Source: Yuukianura sp. NJ FZ-2021 (Eukaryota). From it: 64,000 bases of DNA. A program made the translations under genes and the position numbers. Below, in pieces: positions 49,157 to 61,370 of the stretch; positions within the stretch are counted from its first letter, which is position 1; each line of letters begins with the position of its first letter. Under the pieces are notes generated by a model, which saw only the letters and a program-made list of their open reading frames with translations, made no database searches and was not told the DNA's origin. The stretch lies in assembly GCA_046563655.1 (NCBI GenBank), contig CM102283.1, positions 9,424,001-9,488,000 on the forward strand, written 5' to 3'.

Positions 49157-52100
49157 ATGGGCAATTGTTTGAGAAAGAATATTCAGTTAAATCCTGGGTC
49201 GGTTCTGGACCGCGTCATTTCTCAAGTAAACTCACACATTAGTTTGAATTTCATAAAAATAAATTCTAAATTCTGTAATTTTTGAACTTTTGAAATTTTC
49301 TAGGCGTCGAATGATGATGATTGCCTGTTGTACAAATTGGCCAATTACAAGAAAGGAGGTGAACTGATCGAAGCTTATGGAATCGGTGGAATGGGGGAAG
49401 TTGATAAGTTGATGCGAGAGCAGTTTGGGATTCTGATGTACCGCGAAGGTCAAGGTCAAGTGATCAGTCGAACGGAATACTTGCGCTGGAAGTTTAGAAA
49501 TGTTCGTCACGTCGTGATTCCAGTGGAGCCTTCCAGCTCCGCAGACCCCTTGGGCAAGTGGGAGGATCACGAAGCTTGTTGGCAAATGCAGTACCGTGGA
49601 TCGCTGGGTGAAACGCTCCTGCATCTCTTGATCATCTGCGACACCAAACTGCATACAAGACTTGCTAGAGCGCTCCTCAGAAGTTTTCCGAAATTGGCCT
49701 TGGACGTTTTCGAAGGAGAAGAATACTTAGGTCAAATATATTTTTGAAACAGTTTCTTTTCGAAAATTGGTCTAGAAGGTTTTGATTTTTTGAATTTCAG
49801 GAGCCTCGGCTCTTCATCTCGCGATTGCGTATACGAACAACGAAATTGTTCATCTCCTGATGGAAAGTGGCGCCAAAGTGGATCAGCGGGCGATTGGTAA
49901 AGCATGGAATATATTCATCGTTTCATGGCTTACTGGGCATGCGTGTTGGGGCTTCGCCCGTTCAGTTATCCTAGTAGTTGCTGTTCGGGAGTGGAGAAAA
50001 ATCCGAAATTTCAAACCAATTGCAATTTTTCCAACAATTTCCAATTTTTCAAAATTTTATTGGAAATTATGTATTTAGGCAGTTTCTTCTTGCCGAGAGA
50101 TCAACAAAGGATTCCACCATCGAAGCAAACTGACTACGAGGGATTGGCATACTTCGGAGAGTATCCGTTGGCATGGGCAGCATGTGTTGGAAACGAAAGT
50201 GTGTATAATCTACTACTGGACAAAGGAGCTCATCCTGATTGGCAGGATTCTTTTGGAAACATGATTCTACATATGGTCGTAGTCACTGATCAATTGGTAC
50301 ATTTCAAAATCTTGAAGTTTTGAAAAAAAATTGAGAAAAATTTTGAACTTCACTTTTTGAACAGGGAATGTATGGCTACGCTCTGCGACATCCGAAGATC
50401 GTTGCTAGCAACGGTGTCATAAATGATCAAGGACTGACACCTTTGACCCTAGCATGTCGATTGGGACGAGCAAGTGTTTTCAGGTTCTAAAATTTTTCTA
50501 AATGTTTAAGAAATCATATTTTTTAAAATTTTAAATCAATTTTGGTTTGTAACTTTTTTGTAGAGAAATGTTGGAGCTGAGCAGTCGGGAGTTTTGGCGG
50601 TACAGCAACCATACTTGCTCCGCCTACCCGCTCAATGCTTTGGACACAATTTCTCCAGACGGGAAAACAAGTACATGCAGAATTTCAAACATTTTTGCAA
50701 AAGTTTGCGAAAATTTTGAATTTTTTAATAGATTGGAACTCAGCACTGTTCATGATTTTGGCTGGAAGCAAGGAGGAGCATTTGGACATGCTAGACGGCG
50801 GGATAATTCAGAGACTTTTGGAAGAAAAATGGAAAACTTTTGCTCAGCGCCAATTTGTGAAAAGGATTACGATTGCTTTTGTGCATTTACTTGCGATGAG
50901 TTTTGCTACATACTTGAGACCCAGTGACAGGTTGGTTCCATGTAATATGGTCAACAACCAGGGTTCGAAGGCTGTAACTTACGTCCTGTAACTTACGTAA
51001 CTTACGTACGTAAGTTACGTAATTTTCAGAGGGGTTGTAATTTTCGAAATTTTCATTCTTTTGAATTTTACGCGGGAGGGAGACAGCGTAGGAGTCAGGG
51101 GAGCGGGAGAAGTCCAAAATAACAAAAGAGCAGTGATTTAGATGATTATTTTTTCGTTTCTTTCTCGAGCAGACTGCTCGAGAAATACCAGGATATTCTT
51201 CGAGCAGTCTGCTCGAGAAATACCAGGATAATTCTCGAGCAGTCTGCTCGAGAAATACCAGGATATTCTTCGAGCAGTCTGCTCGAGAAATACCAGGATA
51301 ATTCTCGAGCAGTCTGCTCGAGAAATACCAGGATATTCTTCGAGCAGTCTGCTCGAGAAATACCAGGATAATTCTCGAGCAGTCTGCTCGAGAAATACCA
51401 GGATATTTTTCGAGCAGTGTGCTCGAAAAATACCAGGATAATTCTCGAGCAGTCTGCTCGAGAAATACCAGGATATTCTTCGTAGCTTTTCTTTCTGTTG
51501 TTTTAACTGGCTGTTATTGAAATGCCACGAGTCAGAGATCCGATTTGGAACGATTTTGACCTTGAACCAAACCCGGGCAGTAAGATCCCCTGGGCAAATT
51601 GTAAGTTGTGTGATTGGAGACATGCAGGAATCCCGGACAGGATGAAATCACACTTACAGAAACATCAAAACGTTGGCAAAGACTCCGAATCAATTGGGCC
51701 AAGTACGTCATGTTCACTTTAATATTTTCAGAGTCTAATTGTTGAGAGCGAGCCTGCGAGCCTGAGGAAGAGTTAGATGTGATGGCAGTGGAATAATTAG
51801 TGTTATGTTTCTCGAACTATTTGTGTTAATTGCGTTAAGTGTGTTAGTTTAGTCTTAAAAATAAAATAGTAGTAAATATTGTCTACCGCAGTATATTTCT
51901 ATCAGGCCTTGGTTTGATTTTTAACGCAATTAGATAGTAGATATTAATAGTTTATGGTTTGGGGATGGGAGTGGGGTGCAGGCGGCTTGTTTTGAAAATT
52001 ACAATCTTACGTAGATTACGTAAGTTACGATAATTACGTAAGTTACGTAGTTTTCGGCAAAAATACCGTAATTTTCGAACCCAGTGACAGGTTGGTTCCA

Positions 52101-54910
52101 TGTAATATGGTCAACAACTATGTGGTCAAAAAGTAAAAACATCTAAAAATGGGAAGATGAAACCTAAGAAAAGCTATTTCTAACCGTTGCCATTTTCACT
52201 TTTTGCCCAATTCACTTTTTGATCAAATTACTCTGAACATTTCACATGCTAAAAACAGGTCAAGGTCACTCAAAGTGTACGAAGAGCCAGTGGACTACTT
52301 TCGACTGGGATTTGAAATTGCCACGATTCTCTCCTGCCTCTCTTATGTCATCTTTCAACAGGGAGAGGAAATCAAAAACCAAGGATTCGCAAGTTTCATT
52401 AAACAATTGGCAAGTCACTTCTCAAATTCTGAAAATTTTGAAAATTTTTGAAAAATTTTAGAAATTTTTTTGGTTTCAGCCGCAATCGCCACCGAAGATG
52501 TTATTTCTGTTGGCCAACTTCAGCATACTCGCCACCATTCCGTTCCGAATTACCGGAGATTTGGAAACAGAAGAAGTTTTGTTGTCGTTCTCCATGGTCG
52601 GAAGCTGGTTTTTCATGATGTTCTTTGCCGGGTGAAAATTTTGAAATTTTTTGAAAATTTTGAAGCTTCTAGTTTTTGAAGTTATCATATGTGTTGTACG
52701 TTTTTTACAATTTAGAGCTGTGAAGCTTACCGGACCGTTTATTACAATGATCTTCAGGTTAACGCTGAACTGGATTTTGAATTTTGTAAATGAACAAATT
52801 TTTTAAAATTTTTGTTGTTTTTTTAGTATGATCACCGGTGACATGTTGACTTTTGGCATAATTTACTTGATCTTTCTGTTGGCCTTTTCCCAAGCTTTTT
52901 ACTACTTGTACAAAAGTCATCCTACCGTGAACGACTTGCTGTTTGAATCCTACGGCCAAACTTGGATGGCCATGTACCAAATGACACTCGGGTCATACAG
53001 TGTAATTCAAATTCCAAAACTAAAAACTTTTCGAAAATTCAAAATTTTGAAAATTTTTCTTTTGATTTGCAGTACAATGACCTATCGCTCACGGCGTATC
53101 CGAATCTGTCCAAAGGCGTTTTCATCACTTTCATGATTCTCGTTCCAATTCTGCTGCTGAACATGTTGATCGCCATGATGGGCAACACTTACTCCCAGGT
53201 TTGTAAAAAAAAAATATGTTACATAATTACTTTCTTAATTGACTAATTACTAAAATTAATCCATAATTTCAAATTTTCAAGGTCATTGAACGAAGTGAAA
53301 AGGAATGGGTGAAGCAAGTATGAACATTACACCCATTTTTTGGAAAATGGTATTTTTTCAAATTTTGAAAAGTGAAAATTTTGTGAAATTTTCTTTAGTG
53401 GGCTAAACTAGTTGTGTCGTTGGAACGAGCGGTGAGCCAAGAGCTGTCTAAACAGTACATCCAGGAATACAGTATCAAGTTGCCGAGTGGATCGGCCGAA
53501 GAGCTCCGAGGGGTCATGGTCATCAAAACCAAGAACAAAACGAGAGCAAAACAAAGAAAAGGAGCAGTGTCCAACTGGAAAGTAAGTCCATTTCCAAAAT
53601 TTTCACAAATTTTATATTTCTTCAACTCTTGCTTTTCATAATTTTGAATTTTAGCGCGTTGGAAAAGTGACAATTCATGCCCTGAAGAAGCGTGGAATGA
53701 CTGGAGAGGAAATGCGGCTACTGATGTGGGGACACAGAGCATCCGTGTCCACTCCACAAGGAAATACGTAAACTCAAAAATTATTTTCTCAAAATAGTAA
53801 CTTTTTTCAAAATTTTGAAATATTTTTTTTTGAATCAGTCCGCGCCAGATGTCAATGGAGGTGGGAGAAGCCCTGTCACACATGACCCTGGGCATGACCA
53901 CTGGCAAGGATTCTTCAACTTCTGCAACTGTAAATGCTGGAAATGCTGATGCTGGAATTCGACTTAGTACTGGCAGTATCGGCTCCTCTACGACTCCCTT
54001 TGGACACTTTGAAGATGAACCTCCAGCAACAGTACACCCAACAACTTCAAGTACTCCGCCAGTTTTGCCTAGCAACGAAGCATCTATGTCACAGGCTCTC
54101 GTGACGTCGAGTTCACTGGATCCAACTGCAGCAGCATCGCCAGCATTTCCAGCATCCTCAATCTTGGCAGCCAATCAGTTTGGACTTCACTCAAGAAAGA
54201 AACGGCGCCATCTTACTTTTGGATTGCAACCGAAGATCATAATTTTCGCTGATCCAAGGAACCCAATGCACTTTAACTTCGACTCGGACGAAAGTGACAA
54301 CGACATTCTTTGTAACCCGCGTTACGCAACAGGTCGAAGGTCATTCCTTGGCGAAAATTTGTCATCTTCACGTGAGAGTCTTGCTCCGCCTCCAGAAACT
54401 CAGGATGCTGGAATCGTCAATCCAGCATTTGTACCAGATGAAGTGTCGCCACCAAGCTACACTCCCGTACCAGAACCAGAAATGTCACCAAAACCAGAAT
54501 TGGCACCAGAACCAGATCCGAAAGTTCCGCCTCTGGATGTCATGACACCGACAATTTCAGTAACACCGGAAACCGGACCGGTTGAAGAAATCGCTGGAGC
54601 GTATGGCGGGAAATCCTCAACTTCAAAATCGGGAAGGCACTCGGCAAAATCAAAACGCAAGTCATCCGAAGAAAATGACGCTTCCAGTGCCGGAGACGCT
54701 GAAACTGAAGCTCCTGCTCCGCTAAACGCAAGTCACTCCAGTGCTAAAGAGAAAAAACACAGAGGAAAAAGACCAAAGACGGCAAAGGACGCTGAAAAAT
54801 CGGAATCACGCAGTCGCAGACCCAAAACGGCGTTTAACGTGAACGACTCTGGAGAAGTTTCGAGCATGAACGATTTGGTAGCATGGGATCGTCCAGAAGA
54901 TGACGTTTAA
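49157..54910 (+). CDS. iav: TRPV channel Inactive (OSM-9-like), about 15 exons
   Basis: [52 protein letters not shown]; ankyrin repeats; [36 protein letters not shown]. Confidence 0.95.
51166..51480. repeat. Nine 35-bp palindrome-containing tandem units (70-bp dimer periodicity)
   Basis: Unit cgagcagtctgctcgagaaataccaggata(ttctt/attct) every 35 bp from 51166 to 51446. Confidence 0.97.
51522..51722 (+). pseudogene. BED zinc-finger N-terminus of a deleted hAT transposase
   Basis: [12 protein letters not shown]...ANCKLC...RMKSHLQKH (W..F, Cx2C, Hx3H). Confidence 0.8.
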
Positions 54911-55067
54911 AATTTCAAAAAAAAAATCGAAAAACTGTTTTTGAAAACCTAGAATTTGAAAAAACTGTTTTTGTTCAAAGTCGTCGATGACCAGTGTTTA
55001 AGCTCATAGATTTGGTTTCTCAACAATAACATAACAGAAAAAATTTAACAAAAGTATTTGGGTTGAA

Positions 55068-57985
55068 TTATTTGTAATTGTGGTTGAAGTAAGGCTGCTT
55101 TTGCTTGATGTACCCACGCCAACTGTCCAGAACAAAGTCAGCTCCTCTTTCGCCAATCAGAATCGTCGGTCCATTTGTATTAACAGTAACAACAAACGGC
55201 ATAATTCCAGCGTCAATTACACGCAGCCTCTGTTCAACCATTTCAAAATCAATAAAATCAAAATCCATTTTTTCGAAATTCAATTTTTTCAAAATTTGGA
55301 AACAGTTTAACTTACCTTTGTACCAATGACTCTCAGTTCGGAGTCGACAACAGACTTTGGAGAATCTACTGGTCCCATGGCAGTGGTTCCAGAATAGTGA
55401 AAAATGGACACAGAGTAATGCCGGGTAAAGCATTCCCAGTACAAATCGCTGCGAAACGGCAAAGCAGCGCATGGCGGGAAAGGAACCGGCGACAACCGAC
55501 TTCCCAGTCGTTTGAAACTTGGAGCATTTTCAGAAATGTACACAGCACGCTTTACACCTACCACAACAAAAGTACAGTTAAAACATTTTAACCTGTTGAA
55601 ACATTTTAACTTGTTGAAACATTTTAGCTGTGTGAAACTTGCCTTCGACCATGACCTTGATGTCATCGCCGTCCAGGTCTTCGAAATACCGCGGATCCAG
55701 TATCGGATCGTCTCGGAAATCGGCGGACCGCAGAAGCAAAACTCCGCGAACTTTGGGCCGACTGAGCATCACGGTAATTTGAAAAGCGTCCATTCCTTTC
55801 ACCGGTTCAAAAAACTCGTTCAGCACGTCGTATCTCACATTAAATGCAAATGAAATGTCGCGATCAACTTTTTGGTGATTTCCGAGCCCCAGAAACATGA
55901 ATTGCGTATCCGGCCAATCAGGTTCTCCATCACGAATGGCCCGAAATGACGGAAAAAACGCAATACCGTTGATCAGCGTTGTACTTAAAGTGCCGTTTCC
56001 ATTTAACGCGAAATCTGCAACTTGTTTAGCGTCAACGTCACGCTCGGCTATGAAAGACTTTGGTTCATTGATCAGAAACGGACCAGGAAAAGTTCCAATG
56101 TGATCCTGCAGATTTCGACCCACTGGAGCATCCACAAGCACTGGAATCTGCATTTTAAAGCAAAGTTAAAATTTTTTTCAAAATTCTGCTTTTTCAAAAA
56201 AATTTACCCCCAAACTTTGAAGATGATCTTTCGGCCCAACTCCGCTGAGCATCAAAAGTTTTGCAGAATCGATTGAACCGGCGGACAAAATGACTTCTTT
56301 CGACGCAAACGCAACACGACGCTTTCCATGTCTTATGTACTCCACTCCATAGGCCTCATTCGTCGGTCCACGAAACAGGATCTACGCATGTGTAAAAAAA
56401 ACACTAATTAGTTAAAATTTAAAAGTTAATTACTAATTAATAATTAATACATTTGGAATTACCTTAAATACACGCGAATAGCGATGAATAGTAAGCGTCT
56501 TTCTGTGCAAAATTGGTTTGAGGTAGGCCTTGTAAGTGCTCCAGCGTTTCCCTTTCCGCTGAGTATACGTCACTCCTGCAGCACCTACCATTTAAAAAAA
56601 TTTTTTTTTTTGAAATTTGAAATTTTCAAAAATTTTGAATTTGAAAAGTATATTTGTAACCTTGAACATAGGGAGCATTGAGATCAACACGCGGAATGCC
56701 GTTCCACTCGGAAGCTTGCAAAAATTCTTCCACTAGGGGATTGTATCCTGGCTTTCCTACCGTTAGCGGTCCACCACTGCGGTGGAACTGAGCTAATTGA
56801 AAAAATATGAGACAGATTTCAAAAAATCTCGAAATTTTGATACTTTTTCTTTGGAATTTGAAACTTACGCATAAAATTGTCGTATGGATTTCGTTCACAG
56901 TGGAAACAGTAGTCTTCTGACTTGAGAAAGTACGGTAATAGGTTGGAGTAACTCCATCGGGGGTCTCCGGTGACCTTGGCCCAATGATCGTAGTCTCTCG
57001 GGTGACCTCGGAGGTACACCATAAGGTTAAGGTTACTGGACCCCCCTAATCCCATCCCTCTCGACCATGAACTCTCCTGTTTCAAAATTCCAAATTTCCA
57101 AATTTCGAAAATTTTCAAAATTTGAGTCCATTGAGGCATGGATAATTTCCTGGAATATTACCCTGTTGTTTAGTGAAAGACAGGACGCCCTTTGTGGAAC
57201 TGTTCTGTACATGTAGTCAGTCTGTGGATAGTTTAGCAAAATAGTTGCCAATTCTGGAACGGAAGACAAAGGATTCGGATTCCCGCCTCTTTCAAGCAGC
57301 AGTACGTTAAAATGTTCTGAAAGACGATTGGCTACTACTGCACCAGCAGAACCTGCACCTACTGCAATTTTCAAAAAAAAAAAGTTTAGAAAAGTAAAAC
57401 AAAAAATTTGAAACACTGTTCTTCAACATAACCTACCTTCATTCTTTGATAAATACTTTTGAAACCAAAAATTAAAAGTGTCAACTGTGTTTCAGTTTCA
57501 GCAGAAAATAATTTGGTAATAATGGTAGCTTATGCGTTTGTAACAAACGTTAGGAAATGTCAGTTTTATAGTTTAAAGCGTTAATCATAACATTTGGAAC
57601 TTAATTTCTAATTAAGACAATCGTAGTGCATATCCTCTAATTTCATTGGTTGACCAATTTAACAACCAAAAGTTTCAAAAAAGAAGAGACTTTGCAATTC
57701 CTGATCGAGATCTTTTACTTTTGAACTAAAGTGGGCGTGTCTGCTACAAACTACTGCAAAAGTAAAAGTTTCAACTCATTTCCTTAAAAATTTTGTCAAA
57801 AATTTCATGGTTTTAAATTTTGAGAACTTACCAACTATGAAATCATAAATTGGTTTGTCCTTGTATTTTGTAAAAGGTGTTTTTACTTTGTCTCCAGATT
57901 TGTCCCAGTCAGCGAACAGAATCAGCAGCGATGGAAGCGCACCCAGCGCTGCGTAGGTGAACGGAATGAACCAATTGGGAAACAT
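55068..57985 (-). CDS. GMC oxidoreductase (glucose dehydrogenase [FAD, quinone]-like), multi-exon
   Basis: [72 protein letters not shown]...[11 protein letters not shown]. Confidence 0.95.
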
Positions 57986-60900
57986 TTCACAAATCACGCA
58001 AATTTACTCCACATTTTCACTTTTCAGTATTTTTGAAACCATGGTGCACTAAAAACTTTTGAAAAAACTTAAAAAGGTCGATTTGAGTCTGATTTTGCGA
58101 AAACGAGTTAAAAATGTTCCAATCATTTTTTGTGAAGCTTTGTTTTTTCAGCGTTGAACTCAAACTGGTGTGAAATTTTAATGAAAATCTTCTTCTTCAC
58201 AGAAAATTTGTCACAAGGCGGAGACTGCAATTTGTGTTGAACGAAACGTGACAAAGGTCATGTCAAGTCACCCTGCTTTAAGAAATTGAATGACACAGTT
58301 AATAGTTTGTTAATTGTTCAGTTCTAAATGAATTTTAACAATAATGTGTTAAGTTCCAATGTGAAAGTGAATCGACTTTTAATGAAAAGCATCAACTACT
58401 AAAAATTTATGCTTCATAGCACAAAAGTACAATAAAAAGTGAAGTTTAAGTGCAAAGGAAGCTTCGTTAAGCTTTTCTATGAAAAATAGAATGTGGGAGT
58501 TTTACCGCTCACTTTTATTCTAAAAATGACAAAATTCGACTAACTTTAAGCAGATTTTGTTTTCGAAATTCGGTTCCCACGTAAGGTTTCAGCCAAAATT
58601 GATTTTAGCATGACTGTGAACTTTTTTGAAACTTTTGAAAATTTGAAATTTTGAAAGTTAAGTCTAACAGCACGACTGATACCTTTATGAGTAACTTTAA
58701 ATTCCTGTGACTTTGAGAGAGTGGGAATAGTTTTTGCCCTACTTAGGACCATTACTCATCTCAACATTTTTGCGAAACTTATGCATTTGCTAATTCATGT
58801 TTTGCCAAATCCTAATTTGCAGAAAGTAAAACTTTTACTTTTCAAGACCGACAGAAAAATTTGCAAACAAAAAACGCTCTCTGTATAGCGCTCAATCACT
58901 TTCCATTTCAAAAGACGGCCGCCAAAATTAAGCCATTAGTACCGTTTTCGATTCAAAACCTTCGAAAATTTAACAAGACACGAAACTTTTTGCAAAGCGG
59001 AAGTTTGGACACAATTTGTAAAAGGAAGCAACTTTTTGCACGCCAAAGCTTAATTGGTTATGACGTTACTTTGTTTTTAATAAGTAAAGGAGTCACTTAC
59101 GAGTAATTTAAAACTCTACTTAAAGAGTTAAATGTGTAACAGAGTTGCGTGTTGCATCCATGCTTACGCATGGGCATGTCTTCCTGTCAACTTTCTCTAA
59201 CTGACAAACTGACACTAAAATTTTGATAAAGCCACTAATCACAAAAATCAAAAACTTCTAAATTCTGAAAAATACAAAAACTTTATACAAAAACAAAACA
59301 AGTATCACTTTCCAACCGATTAAAAAAATGAAAAATTTAAAACTTCACTGCTTTTGCCAATTTGCACAGCTAGTTGGGATCCTATAGTTGTATTATTTCG
59401 AACGAATTGTTTCTAAGCACTTTGTTTCTCATCAATTGTTTAAAATCTTATTGCTTCTAAAGTAAATTGTTTCTCATAGTGAATTGTTTCAAACAAAATT
59501 GCTTCTAAAAGAATTGGTAGGTTAGTCACAATACAGCAATTAATCACTAAAGAAATGTTTGTCCAGGGTTTTATACTGACATTTCCTGGAGTGTCCAGGT
59601 TAATTAGCAACAATTTAAAATTAAATATGCTATTGTTCCAAACTTTTATGCGTTTTTTTGTAAGTTGTCACTCGGACGAAGGAATGTGAAGGAGTGGTAG
59701 AATTTTGCACAGATTTTACGACACTTATTCTTTTTGTGCCAAAAGACAGAATGGCAAAAACAAACAAGAATATCCTTCCGCAGGATCCCTTTGCAAAACG
59801 GATCTGCGTCCCTCTGAGGAAATGGAGAACCAAATCTAAACTAAAAAGTTAAGTTCTTAAAGAGAGATTTCAAATGGGGACTTGCTAATTTCCAACGCAA
59901 TCTGCGTCACTTTTCCCAAACTGAAAATATTTTCGTGAAGTGGCAGGAGTGAACGCATCACTGCACAACTCCCAATGACTCTAAACAGGAACAACTGCTC
60001 AGGATTCACCCACACACTTAACTACTAGTGGACACAAGGAACGGCAGGAATTTAACAACTACTTGGGTGCTAAGGTGCTCAAATTTGGCATCGCATTCCA
60101 CATGCGCACGTATAACTTTACGTCACGCTCAAATTTTGACCACTTCATAACAAAATATGACTCAAGAATGTCAACTTTCAATTTTGGAATTCCGAAAACA
60201 AAAATATTTAGTTCAGGTTTTGCAGAAAATGAAGATATCATTCAAATTTTCTTGAAATTTAAAATTTCAGTGTCAGTTAAAAAGTGTTTTGGAAATTCAA
60301 GTGTAAATTAGTAAACAGAAATTCAAAAATTGTGAGAAAAGCTTGGTCATTGTAAGCTCGAGTGAACGTGAGTAACGCCCAGTTGAAGAAATTGTTGAAA
60401 GGAGGATTCGCCGTCAAAGAAAGTAAAAAATTAGCATTTTTGAGCAAAAGGAGAAAACAGTGTCAGGCTTTTCAAAAAATTTGTGAACAAAGGCATGTAA
60501 ACAGGAACCCCAAAAATTTAAGTCTTTGAATATTTTTACTTTCCACTCAAATAAATCAAAATTAGTCTACTTTCTTCTGTCTCATTTTTAGTGACACTTT
60601 TGAATTCGTTCTGTTTACTAAAAATGGAAACTTGACTAAATTTTATGTCCTTTTATTGTGCCTTACTCATGTAAAACGTGTCGAATTACAGTAGGAGAAT
60701 GAAGTAGTTACAAAAATTATGATTTGAAAAATGACACCTTGTCAATTGTGTTTTAAAATTCTGCACGCTTCCTACAAATTAACGTCTAACTTATGTTTAC
60801 TCGTGATTGGCAATTGTGTGTTTAATGCTCCGATTAGCACAGTAAACCAACACACCCTCAAATTCATTTTATATAAAAACTTATTCAAATAAAAATTTCA

Positions 60901-61370
60901 AAAATTAACTTTTTTTAAGTAAATGTTTAACTTAAATCCCTACTTAACTCAAAAATTTGCATTTGCTCAATGAATAAGTAAGCAGAAAAACTTTTCTTTT
61001 GTTGTCACTTTCTCTTATTGTGCTTTGGATTAACATAATCGTTTGGCCCGAAGCTCTTTGTCTTCAAAAATGAAAATTCATTCAAAAATTTCCTTTTTCC
61101 CTCATATTTCCACCAGCATTTTTCATGTGTTTAATAATTTACTGAACACTTATATTGTAAAGTCTAGAAACAAATTATAAATAACATTTAACACTTAGCT
61201 TTAGGCTGGAGTTTCTAGCAGAAATTTTTGGCTAAAAAGTGGGAATTTTTAAATGTTTCAGATTAGAATTCATTTTTGGTGTAACATTTGAATGTTGGTC
61301 GAAGAATGACAAGTTATAAATTACGAATTTTTGGAAAAAATAGACTTGCTATTTAGCATTTTGTTTTAGA

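Larger units (their letters stand above)
50959..52082 (+). mobile_element. Non-autonomous hAT-like DNA transposon in an iav intron
   Basis: Left TIR CAGGGTTCGAA; right TIR TTCGAACCC lacking the terminal TG; subterminal (g)taacttac/ttacgtaa repeats at both ends; BED-finger ORF inside. Confidence 0.85.

Noticed and set aside
51166-51480. CRISPR-like array of palindromic repeats
   Set aside because: The intervening sequences are near-identical rather than unique spacers; eukaryotic intron inside a hAT element; no cas genes.
51138-51623. 161-aa repetitive minus-strand ORF
   Set aside because: A by-product of the 35-bp array.
53395-54174. 259-aa antisense ORF
   Set aside because: Shadow of iav exons, running through introns, with no recognisable motif.
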